The translations under genes and the position numbers were made by a program. The notes under the pieces were generated by a model, which did not search any database, was not told the origin of the DNA, and saw nothing but the letters and a program-made list of their open reading frames with translations. Below, in pieces: positions 10,487 to 17,902 of a stretch of DNA of 32,000 bases (its first letter is position 1; the number at the start of each line of letters is the position of its first letter). Source of the stretch: Tannockella kyphosi (lineage in GTDB: Bacteria; Bacillota_I; Bacilli_A; Erysipelotrichales; Coprobacillaceae); contig NZ_CP088239.1 of assembly GCF_021054785.1 (NCBI RefSeq), positions 1,230,001 through 1,262,000 of the forward strand, read 5' to 3'.

Positions 10487-11176
10487 TTATTCTATTTGCA
10501 TAAATTCAATAATAAGTTGTACTGTTTGATCTTGTTGTTCTTTTGAAGAAATTGTTGCTTGTCCATCTCCATCATTTTCACCATAGTTACCAAATTGAGC
10601 ATGGTTTCCACCTTCAATAATATACACATTTGTTGAATAATCCACACTATCTCCTACTCTTAAATCATTAGAACCAACAATCGTAATTGTTTTTTCTAAA
10701 TCATATCCCATCGATTCATAAATACCTACAAATACAACTCCTTCTATTTTCTCTTCATTGTTAACAGCATACATGTCGGCAGCTACTCCACCTAATGAAT
10801 GTCCTCCAATATACCAAGAAGTAATCTCTTCATACTCTTCTATGAAATCATCCGCTTTATTAATGCCAAAACAAGCCATATTAAAAGGCATATCTACTAG
10901 GAATACATTAACCCCTTGCTCTTGTAATTTTTGACATAATGGCGCATATGCTAGATAATCTACTCTTCCACCCGGATAGAAGACAAAGCCTATCTCACTA
11001 TCCCCTTCAAAATAAACATAATCATCGATCAAATATACATCCTCTTGTTCTAATATTGTATAGTATTCTTCATCTAATGTACGGTAATCACTTGCATATA
11101 TACACAATCCTCCAAAACCAATAACTAATAAAGTTATCATTAGGATTAATATTTTGACTCTTTTTTTCATTATCAT
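10487..11176 (-). CDS. secreted or membrane-anchored alpha/beta hydrolase
   Basis: N-terminal hydrophobic anchor. Nucleophile elbow GGHSLGG. 229 aa. Confidence 0.7.
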   Translation of the reverse strand: MIMKKRVKILILMITLLVIGFGGLCIYASDYRTLDEEYYTILEQEDVYLIDDYVYFEGDSEIGFVFYPGGRVDYLAYAPLCQKLQEQGVNVFLVDMPFNMACFGINKADDFIEEYEEITSWYIGGHSLGGVAADMYAVNNEEKIEGVVFVGIYESMGYDLEKTITIVGSNDLRVGDSVDYSTNVYIIEGGNHAQFGNYGENDGDGQATISSKEQQDQTVQLIIEFMQIE

Positions 11177-11419
11177 CTTCCCCCATCTCTTCTATCATAG
11201 TAATAAATATTTAAAATAGTAGTCTTCTTTTAAATATTATAACGTATTTACATTACAATACAACTTGATAATAAAAAATAGCATAACAACAATCATATTG
11301 ATAGTTATTATACTATTTAATATATTTGGCAAAAACAAGTTTAAATAAATTCATTGCCGTTTTAATATATTTTCTGTACATTAATTTCCATTGTAATTTG
11401 TTTTGTTAGAAGTTTGTAC

Positions 11420-12766
11420 TTACTTAATTATTAGCCAGCTACCACTTCTAGAAGATCCAACACGTTCAATCAGCCCTTTTTCTTTGAGGGATTGAAACAA
11501 ACGTTTTACTTGACGTGTACTTAGACCTAACTCTTCTCCACAATTTATTTGCTTTACATTAGCATTTTCACGAATGTAGCGTAACACCTGTTCTTCACAT
11601 TCATTTAATGTTATACCTTCATTGGTGTCATGATTGGTGACATTGGTGTCATGATTGGTGACATTTTCATCTTCAGGTAGAGATTGCATCTGTTCAAATG
11701 GTAACACTACACGGATAAAATGGTCTGAAATTTCAAAAATGCTCTTATCGTATGCTTGCAAAATACGTGTCATACCTGAACCAAGTTGTTCTACCAAGCC
11801 AACATCACGGAACACACGCATCAATTCACGGTTACGTGGCATGCTACTGCAACTAAAGAAATCTCCTTCGCTTTGTCCCATCATCAACCCACCATATGAA
11901 GTCATCACCAGTCTGTCACTAAAAATTTCAAATACTGGTGGAAATTCACGACTATAATCATTATGTACAATCGCATTAATAATTGCTTCTCGCATTGCCA
12001 ATGGATCTACCAAATTTTTATCAATTCGTTGCGTGCTAGTTATTTTTGTTCGGGTGATGTTTTCAATCTTCAGCTTGTCCAACACCGCATTGGTCGCTTT
12101 TATTAACGAGCAATAACCATATTCCTCATTCTCAATTAAATCCATCTTATCTCTTCCGGCATACTTAGCAACTTTGATAGAATTCCCATTCTCATCTGCA
12201 AGTAAGTACGCTAAATAGTTGTATTTATCCTCAGGTGTAAGAAGCTCCAAACTGCTTTCAAAGCGTTCATTTAATGTCAGTTTCTTTTCTTCATAATAGA
12301 TTTTAAGTTGAGCAAAACTTAAATCTTGACGTGGGGCAATGACACTGCGTAAGGTTGTATGGATACGTTTAGCATAAAATTCATCTATCATATTTTGTGC
12401 CATCGGTAACGAAGATGAACCAATACGCATATAACAACCACTCGGTGACATTCCTTTATTTTTAATGTAATAAGGCTTTTCCGTGCCACTACATATCACG
12501 ACCTTGACCACCACTACATTTTCAACCATTTCTGTGCGAATTTCAAACAATCCAAGTGTTACTGGTAAGATATTATTTTTAATGCGATCTGAAATTTTAA
12601 GTTGCACGTCATCAACATCTATACGGCCCACTGGGTGTCCATCATTATCTAATCCAATATAAAGCGCACCTCCCTCACGATTATTAAAAAAAGCAACCAC
12701 TTCCTTTTCCAATTTATCATTCAGTATAGATTTAAACTCTATCTTATAATTTTCTTGCAATCTCAA
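11420..12766 (-). CDS. AlbA_2/Schlafen-type DNA-binding domain + HATPase_c_4-like domain + C-terminal wHTH protein (often annotated as a RecG-like putative transcriptional regulator)
   Basis: 448 aa. N-terminus EFKS...VVAFFNNREGGALYIGLDNDG (AlbA_2). Centre AIINAIVHNDYS...RNRELMRVFRDVGLVEQLGSGMTRI (HATPase_c_4-like). C-terminus LSTRQVKRLFQSLKEKGLIERVGSSRSGSWLI (wHTH). The gene is visibly richer in G+C than its neighbours. Confidence 0.75.
   Translation of the reverse strand: MRLQENYKIEFKSILNDKLEKEVVAFFNNREGGALYIGLDNDGHPVGRIDVDDVQLKISDRIKNNILPVTLGLFEIRTEMVENVVVVKVVICSGTEKPYYIKNKGMSPSGCYMRIGSSSLPMAQNMIDEFYAKRIHTTLRSVIAPRQDLSFAQLKIYYEEKKLTLNERFESSLELLTPEDKYNYLAYLLADENGNSIKVAKYAGRDKMDLIENEEYGYCSLIKATNAVLDKLKIENITRTKITSTQRIDKNLVDPLAMREAIINAIVHNDYSREFPPVFEIFSDRLVMTSYGGLMMGQSEGDFFSCSSMPRNRELMRVFRDVGLVEQLGSGMTRILQAYDKSIFEISDHFIRVVLPFEQMQSLPEDENVTNHDTNVTNHDTNEGITLNECEEQVLRYIRENANVKQINCGEELGLSTRQVKRLFQSLKEKGLIERVGSSRSGSWLIIK
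11620..11665 (-). repeat. in-frame tandem repeat, 21 nt x 2.2, encoding NVTNHDT NVTNHDT in the linker before the wHTH
   Basis: cattggtgtcatgattggtga occurs at 11620-11640 and again at 11641-11661, followed by a partial copy. Confidence 0.9.
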
Positions 12767-12806
12767 TCACCTCATCACTTTCACTTTATTATACTTAATA
12801 TACAAA

Positions 12807-12826
12807 ATTTACTTCCAAAAGTAAAT
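12807..12826. promoter_or_regulatory. palindrome ATTTACTT-N4-AAGTAAAT just upstream of the AlbA_2/wHTH gene; candidate operator
   Basis: 8 bp perfect inverted repeat at 12807-12814 / 12819-12826, about 40 nt upstream of the start at 12766. It lies next to a minus-strand TATAAT (complement of attata at about 12791-12796). Confidence 0.3.
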
Positions 12827-12914
12827 ATTACTGCCTCAAACATTTGTCAAAAATAATTTTATAAAACCAACGAATCAATATTTCAACAATCACTCATTTT
12901 ATAGTATTGAATAT

Positions 12915-13134
12915 TTATGTATCATTAACATGCAGTTTAGTAGCAACTCTACTTATCCTCCAGACATGATTAAATCTATAGCTAGCAATGTCTCTAGCAT
13001 TAAAATTCCATTTGCAATGCAATCATATTGTTTTTTTGAATTTCCGATGATTGCAAATCATAAGCAATATAAAAATAAATTTGTTACCTATCTAAAAATA
13101 CATTATTTATAATTTCTAGAGCGTATTTCTTCAT
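12915..13134 (-). pseudogene. decayed RelE/ParE-superfamily toxin remnant downstream of the antitoxin
   Basis: An ATG at 13134-13132 overlaps the antitoxin stop (TAATG). It reads MKKYALEIINNVFLDR then TAA. The same frame continues QIYFYIAYDLQSSEIQKNN (like the I-x-YIA-x-D block of ParE/RelE toxins) to a second stop. Another frame reads SYRFNHVWRISRV, like the C-terminal block. No intact ORF is present. Confidence 0.4.
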
Positions 13135-13448
13135 TAAAAATTAATCTCTCTAAAATTTTGAAAAGCAGCTTCTGCATTTTGTGTTTTACCTGAATACGCA
13201 TCCTTAACTCCTTGAAGCAACTTGGTATATAACTCGTCGTCTATCATAATATCAGCATTAACACTTGCTGGTGCTTTTGGTAATGTTATTGGAAATGGTA
13301 TTCCACCAGTCAATGAAATCTGATTCAAATACATATCAATAGCAGTAGACATTGGGATTCCTAATTTAGATAGAACCTCCTCTGCTTGTTTTTTTACATT
13401 TGGATCCACCCTTAAATTCAATATAACTGTTTTTTCCATAGCATTCAT
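13134..13448 (-). CDS. RelB/DinJ-family type II antitoxin
   Basis: 104 aa. LNLRVDPNVKKQAEEVLSKLGIPMSTAIDMYLNQISLTGGIPFPI is the ribbon-helix-helix DinJ signature. Confidence 0.8.
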   Translation of the reverse strand: MNAMEKTVILNLRVDPNVKKQAEEVLSKLGIPMSTAIDMYLNQISLTGGIPFPITLPKAPASVNADIMIDDELYTKLLQGVKDAYSGKTQNAEAAFQNFREINF

Positions 13449-13466
13449 ATCCTTTTTGTTATTACA

Positions 13467-13556
13467 TCATATTTCTTTTCCCTGTATACGTTTTAATGTT
13501 TTATATATCGCAAATCCTAGAATTATTGCTAGTACAATTATTAGTATAAAATCCAT
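13467..13556 (-). CDS. possible 29 aa single-TM peptide (MDFILIIVLAIILGFAIYKTLKRIQGKEI)
   Basis: Small ATG-to-TGA ORF filling the gap between the SWIM gene stop (13564) and the antitoxin start (13448). It has a hydrophobic core and a basic tail. There is no strong RBS, so coding status is uncertain. Confidence 0.25.
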   Translation of the reverse strand: MDFILIIVLAIILGFAIYKTLKRIQGKEI

Positions 13557-13563
13557 CTTTCTC

Positions 13564-15153
13564 TTAGTTCTTTATAATATTATTTAATTCATCAAACAGT
13601 GCTCTTCTAGAAGCATATTCTGATTGTTTAAGATCTTCGATAATTTCATTTACTAATACTATTCCATTATTTAATTTACTAATAGGTTTTATATAACGAC
13701 ATGCTACTTGATAATTCTTCCTACTCTTTTCTAATTTTAAGATATCATAGAACTTATTAATAAATTTAGTATATAATTCTTCTCTATAATCTTCTTCTAA
13801 AAAAGTAACATTTCGCATTAAGATATCCTCTTTTTTCATTTCAATCGCTAATTCATATAATGACTTCGGATCTTTTGTATATAGATATAGTATTTCTAAG
13901 GTGTAAATATTATATGATTTATCTTTAATAACTTTAATAGTTTCATCAAAGTTATTAAGTAACTCTAATTCTTGTAATATAGCACTACTATTAGTATATA
14001 AGAATTCATATAGTAATGCATCTTTATAGATATCTTTATTAAGTGTTAATGTATATAGTTTCATAAATATATCACTAATTGTTTGATTACGGTATAGATG
14101 TTTTTTATTTAGTAATTCTTTTGTTAACGTGTATAATTCTTCTTTATCTTCAAAATTATTTATTACATACTCTACATATTTAAGATACTTAGAGTATTTA
14201 ATTAGATTGCGTACAATCTCTTCTTTAGAATAACTATATAGTTTTGTTAGTGTTATTAAAACATTTGATTTAGGAGCAGTAGTCCTAATATTATATTGCT
14301 TTAATAACTTAAAGTATTCTTCTAATACTATTCTAAATTCTAATACATTATTATTTGTTTGTTTTTGATAAAAGTCACTAATCCAATTATAATTGTCATA
14401 CACTGTTAATTCTTTAGTAAGAAGAAGATTATCTATTTGTTTTTGAAATAGATTATTCTTATGATAATTAGAAGTTATTTGTTGCTTTTGTTGTTTGGTT
14501 AGTAACTCTTCTTGATAATATTTATAATCATAATTATAATCACTTTGCAATTCCCTTACCCTTTTAGAAATATCATCTACAATACCTTGCAGTGGATTAT
14601 TTACTAAATAATTTAAACAAGGTCCCTGTAGATACTCATAATAAGTATCTCTTGGAGTTTTTAGTAATTCTTTCTTTAATATCTCTTGTGCTTGTTTTAA
14701 CGATAAGCTCCCTACATATTCATATAATACTTCCTCAAAATAGTCTGGTTTAGTAAAACTATCCCTATAATTATATTCGTCATATTCATCATATTCATCA
14801 TATTCATCATCATATTCATCATATTCATCATCATATTCATCATATTCATCATCATATTCATGGGAATAGTCTGAAAACAACCGTTCTTCATAATCGTGTG
14901 TTTCTTCAGGATGAACACTAAAATAAAGAGCAATCATATGCTTACATATACTATGTCCATTTGCATAGGGACATGTACATGTGGATTTTCTAAGATGATT
15001 GGTATGTATTGTTACATCATATACTTGATTTCCACTACCTGCTACTAAGGCATGATATTCATAGATAGATTTTTCTTCCACTTCTCCCACCAATCCATCT
15101 ATATAGTACTCATATCCCCTACTTACTATTGCTGGTCCAGCTTGTTCTAACAT
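13564..15153 (-). CDS. SWIM zinc-finger protein with acidic D/E/Y repeat and long alpha-helical C-terminal region
   Basis: 529 aa. The start is preceded by AGGAGGA. N-terminus GYEYYIDGLV...VYDVTIH...CTCPYANGHSICKH is a CxCx8CxH SWIM finger. It is followed by a 26-residue tract of only D, E and Y (DDEYDEYDDEYDEYDDEYDEYDEYDEY), then about 380 aa of K/E/L/Y-rich helical sequence ending ...YQVACRYIKPI...EYASRRALFDELN. Confidence 0.8.
   Translation of the reverse strand: MLEQAGPAIVSRGYEYYIDGLVGEVEEKSIYEYHALVAGSGNQVYDVTIHTNHLRKSTCTCPYANGHSICKHMIALYFSVHPEETHDYEERLFSDYSHEYDDEYDEYDDEYDEYDDEYDEYDEYDEYNYRDSFTKPDYFEEVLYEYVGSLSLKQAQEILKKELLKTPRDTYYEYLQGPCLNYLVNNPLQGIVDDISKRVRELQSDYNYDYKYYQEELLTKQQKQQITSNYHKNNLFQKQIDNLLLTKELTVYDNYNWISDFYQKQTNNNVLEFRIVLEEYFKLLKQYNIRTTAPKSNVLITLTKLYSYSKEEIVRNLIKYSKYLKYVEYVINNFEDKEELYTLTKELLNKKHLYRNQTISDIFMKLYTLTLNKDIYKDALLYEFLYTNSSAILQELELLNNFDETIKVIKDKSYNIYTLEILYLYTKDPKSLYELAIEMKKEDILMRNVTFLEEDYREELYTKFINKFYDILKLEKSRKNYQVACRYIKPISKLNNGIVLVNEIIEDLKQSEYASRRALFDELNNIIKN
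14778..14870 (-). repeat. tandem catattcat(cat) repeats encoding the D/E/Y acidic tract
   Basis: Directly visible run of tcatattcatcatattcatca... units in multiples of 3 nt. Confidence 0.9.
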
Positions 15154-15162
15154 GATTTCCTC

Positions 15163-15921
15163 CTATTCCCACTCTACTTCTTCTGGGTATTCTAATTTTG
15201 GATCAGATAATTCATAGATGCTTGTTTTATATTTTTCAGCCCAATATTCAAAATTCTCTTCCATATCATAATAGATACCAGTCTTGCTAACTATTCTTTT
15301 TGTGATAATACGTAGTTTATCTTTTCTTTTAGAAACATTAGTTTTATAGTACTCAATATTACATTTATCAACAAATTGAGTTGTATATAATGTATAGTCT
15401 TCAGGATTTTTATCATAAGATCTTCTAATCTTCATAACATCTTCTTCCCCTATTACCTCTCCTATTGCTTGCCATACACTTGCAAATAAGAAATTCAGGT
15501 TTGCTACATCTAGGTAGTATTGAGTGAGTGGCACAGCTGGTAAAACATCCATTGCCTTGCCATAGTTTTCTTTGCAAAATCTATATAGTGTAGGAACACT
15601 ACAAGCTAGGAATATAATTTCCGGGAAAAATACTTCAACACTAAAATATGCATTCTTATCACTACATGTAATATCATGAAAATCTTGTAATTCTGGATAC
15701 ATATTATTATCCACAAATAAAACATTACGATCCCCTTGATACGCATGTCTTATATCATAACATAATCCTAGTAATCTCATCATCACCCCATAAGTTCTTA
15801 GATCATCTTCCGCATCATATCCTGAAAGATTATGAATACTTCTAGTTAGTTGATAAAAATCTCCATAGTCTCCTTGAATAGTTACTCCTAATAAGTTTTT
15901 TGTTGGTATTACTGATATCAT
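15163..15921 (-). CDS. hypothetical protein, first gene of the SWIM operon; no family recognised
   Basis: 252 aa ORF with GGAGAAT upstream. Its stop is 9 nt before the SWIM gene start. No motif I can assign. Confidence 0.6.
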   Translation of the reverse strand: MISVIPTKNLLGVTIQGDYGDFYQLTRSIHNLSGYDAEDDLRTYGVMMRLLGLCYDIRHAYQGDRNVLFVDNNMYPELQDFHDITCSDKNAYFSVEVFFPEIIFLACSVPTLYRFCKENYGKAMDVLPAVPLTQYYLDVANLNFLFASVWQAIGEVIGEEDVMKIRRSYDKNPEDYTLYTTQFVDKCNIEYYKTNVSKRKDKLRIITKRIVSKTGIYYDMEENFEYWAEKYKTSIYELSDPKLEYPEEVEWE

Positions 15922-16063
15922 ATAATTCTCCTTATTTATAAAAGACTCATTAATTAAAGTATTAGATACACTTAAATCACTACGTATTCATAGTAATCAT
16001 TTCAACGTATGTATTGTAGATATTTTCCTTTGATCTTCAGGTCGGGTACTACACTTTCTTCAT

Positions 16064-16103
16064 GTAACTATTCGAATACTATGTTAAGTGTTCGAATAGT
16101 TAC
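16064..16103. promoter_or_regulatory. perfect 13 bp inverted repeat GTAACTATTCGAA-N14-TTCGAATAGTTAC
   Basis: Arms at 16064-16076 and 16091-16103. No flanking T-run on either strand, so it is not a classical intrinsic terminator. It lies between the AlbA_2 remnant stop (16144) and the 252 aa/SWIM operon start (15921). Confidence 0.4.
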
Positions 16104-16143
16104 ATTACGGTTGAATTTATTTATATTTTAAACTTAATGATAA

Positions 16144-16786
16144 TCATTCTTCATCATTTTCGTTTCGAATCAACCACACGCCATTTTTGGTAGACCCTTC
16201 TCTTTTAAGGACACCTTTTTCTTTTAGTCTATCCACATTATAGCGAACACCATTTTTACTTAAAGAAAGTAATTTTTCTAATTCATCTAACGTTATTTGT
16301 GGTTTATCAATAATTAATGAAATTATTTTCCTTTCGTTACTATTTAAATTAGGAAATATTTTTTGTGTGTTAGTTTCTATGCTAGTTTCTATGCTAGTTT
16401 CTCGAAATGATACAGTTAGTATTGTACGATCAGGAATAAACTGTTCTTCAATTAAAGGATCAATCCATAACTATATCATTTTCAACTTCATATGTTTCAA
16501 CATCACTTTCTATCAAAAGATTAATACTAATTTTTTGCAAGTTATGTGCTTGATTCCAAAATTCATCAAGTAATTTATCTTTATCTACTGATTTTAATCC
16601 AGTAGTTATCCAATTACCATCATTTTTCTCTTTTACACCTAAAATAATTACTCCACCAGATGTATTTGCCATCGCAGAGTAACTTTCCCATAATGAAGAA
16701 GGCAATCCACCAGTAGCTTTTTTCACTTCTCTTCGATTATCCTCTTTATAAGTATCAAATTTATTAATGTTAAATAATTCATACAT
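16144..16786 (-). pseudogene. internally deleted, frame-disrupted paralogue of the AlbA_2/HATPase_c_4/wHTH gene
   Basis: ORF 16460-16786 encodes only the AlbA_2 N-terminus (EVKKATGGLPSSLWESYSAMANTSGGVIILGVKE). After its TGA, another frame (16144-16470) encodes TILTVSFRETSIETSIETNTQ...ITLDELEKLLSLSKNGVRYNVDRLKEKGVLKREGSTKNGVWLI. That is the extreme C-terminus plus wHTH of the family. The roughly 250 aa central domain is missing. Confidence 0.7.
16371..16402 (-). repeat. 12 nt tandem repeat x 2.7 (tagtttctatgc) encoding ETSI-ETSI in the pre-wHTH linker
   Basis: Copies at 16371-16382 and 16383-16394, with a partial copy at 16395-16402. Confidence 0.9.
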
Positions 16787-16973
16787 ATAAACACCTCTTT
16801 CTTCTTATTAAATAATGCAGTAAAAAATGATTGTTTTTTCTTTTATTATACACTTAGTTACTCATAAATATAAGAATAAATATTTAAGTTTTTAATATTT
16901 TATTTGAGCTTTTTGATGTCATATCTTCCTTAAAAAATTATTTAACAGTATTTATATGCTGTATTATGAAAAC

Positions 16974-16997
16974 AAAAAAAGGGATTTCTCCCTTTTT
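16974..16997. terminator. short bidirectional hairpin AAAAAAAGGGA-TTTC-TCCCTTTTT, interrupted on its right side by the IS
   Basis: GGGA (16981-16984) / TCCC (16989-16992), extended by A/T pairs. The T-run is part of the IS target duplication. Confidence 0.4.
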
Positions 16998-17249
16998 ATG
17001 GTAGCTTAAATTAACTTGGGGTTTTGTCCTGCTTTCCATTAACTTGGGGTTTTCATCTTTTTCGCTTTAAACTTATGGGGTTTGTTCTCCACAATTCGAA
17101 TATTTCTAAAAATAAGCTATTGGTTTGTAGTACTCTACATTCCTAATAGCTTTTTATGTTATGATAATAAAAAAAGAGAGACGCTATCAACTTTGCCGGT
17201 TCTGCGTTACTCTCTCAACACCAACACTCACAAAGGAGGTTGCACTATT

Positions 17250-17774
17250 ATGATACATGTAAATTCAAAGAACTTCAATACTACTACTACAAATATTCAA
17301 CAATATTTTATTGATTTCTATCAATCTATTCCTTTAGAAGAACTTACTTGTCCAAATTGTGGTGCTAGACTTATTCGTTATGGTACGTATTCACGTACTT
17401 TAAAAACAAATGGAAAATCTAATTCTATACAAATTCAAAGAGTATGTTGTACGAATATTTATTGTACTTGTCGTCATCATGCATTGATTCCTTCTGTATT
17501 ACTTCCTTGTTGTCAATTACTATCAAAAGACATATTTGTGATTCTTCATGCTTATCATACACATAGTACTTATGATTCTATTCTTTCTACCAATCCATTA
17601 CTGGACTTACGTTGGATTCAACATATTATTCATCGCTTTATTAACTACTGTTCTATAGAAAGTATCTCGATACTTTCTAATAATACATTTCTTGAAAACT
17701 ACTTTTATCATTATAATAGAGGATTTATGATAAGTCCTCATTATTCCTATTGTTTTTATGCTATACCAACATAG
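17250..17774 (+). CDS. IS accessory protein with N-terminal Cys-rich zinc ribbon (reminiscent of DUF6431)
   Basis: ATG at 17250 is preceded by AAAGGAGG. It has CPNCGARL...CCTNIYCTCRHH cysteine clusters. 174 aa. It lies inside the IS, upstream of the transposase. Confidence 0.5.
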   Translation: MIHVNSKNFNTTTTNIQQYFIDFYQSIPLEELTCPNCGARLIRYGTYSRTLKTNGKSNSIQIQRVCCTNIYCTCRHHALIPSVLLPCCQLLSKDIFVILHAYHTHSTYDSILSTNPLLDLRWIQHIIHRFINYCSIESISILSNNTFLENYFYHYNRGFMISPHYSYCFYAIPT

Positions 17775-17902
17775 GATTCCTATTCATCTTCTTCTTTTTT
17801 TATTATTCTAAAGATAGATAAAAAAAAGAAGGAGTTGATAATGATGAAATTATCGAATAAAGCAGCTATAAGCTATGATTTATCTTGGGGTGGTGATAGA
17901 TT

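Noticed and set aside
12930-13112. 60 aa plus-strand ORF in the gap between the AlbA_2 gene and the antitoxin
   Set aside because: It is antisense to the toxin-remnant frames, with no RBS and no recognisable motif.
14778-14870. Possible CRISPR-like or other regulatory repeat array
   Set aside because: The units are only 9-15 nt with no spacers. They lie in frame inside a long ORF and simply encode an acidic low-complexity tract.
14712-14933. 73 aa minus-strand ORF rich in MNMMN repeats
   Set aside because: It is an alternative frame of the tandem repeat that encodes the D/E/Y tract of the SWIM protein. The SWIM frame is continuous across it and has the better context.
16367-16573. 68 aa plus-strand ORF starting MLVSMLVSMLVS
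   Set aside because: It is the antisense reading of the 12 nt tandem repeat and of the AlbA_2 remnant. The sense-strand frames show clear family similarity.
17082-17249. 56-codon N-terminal extension of the IS accessory ORF
   Set aside because: It covers the IS subterminal repeat region and encodes hydrophobic junk. The ATG at 17250 has an AAAGGAGG RBS.
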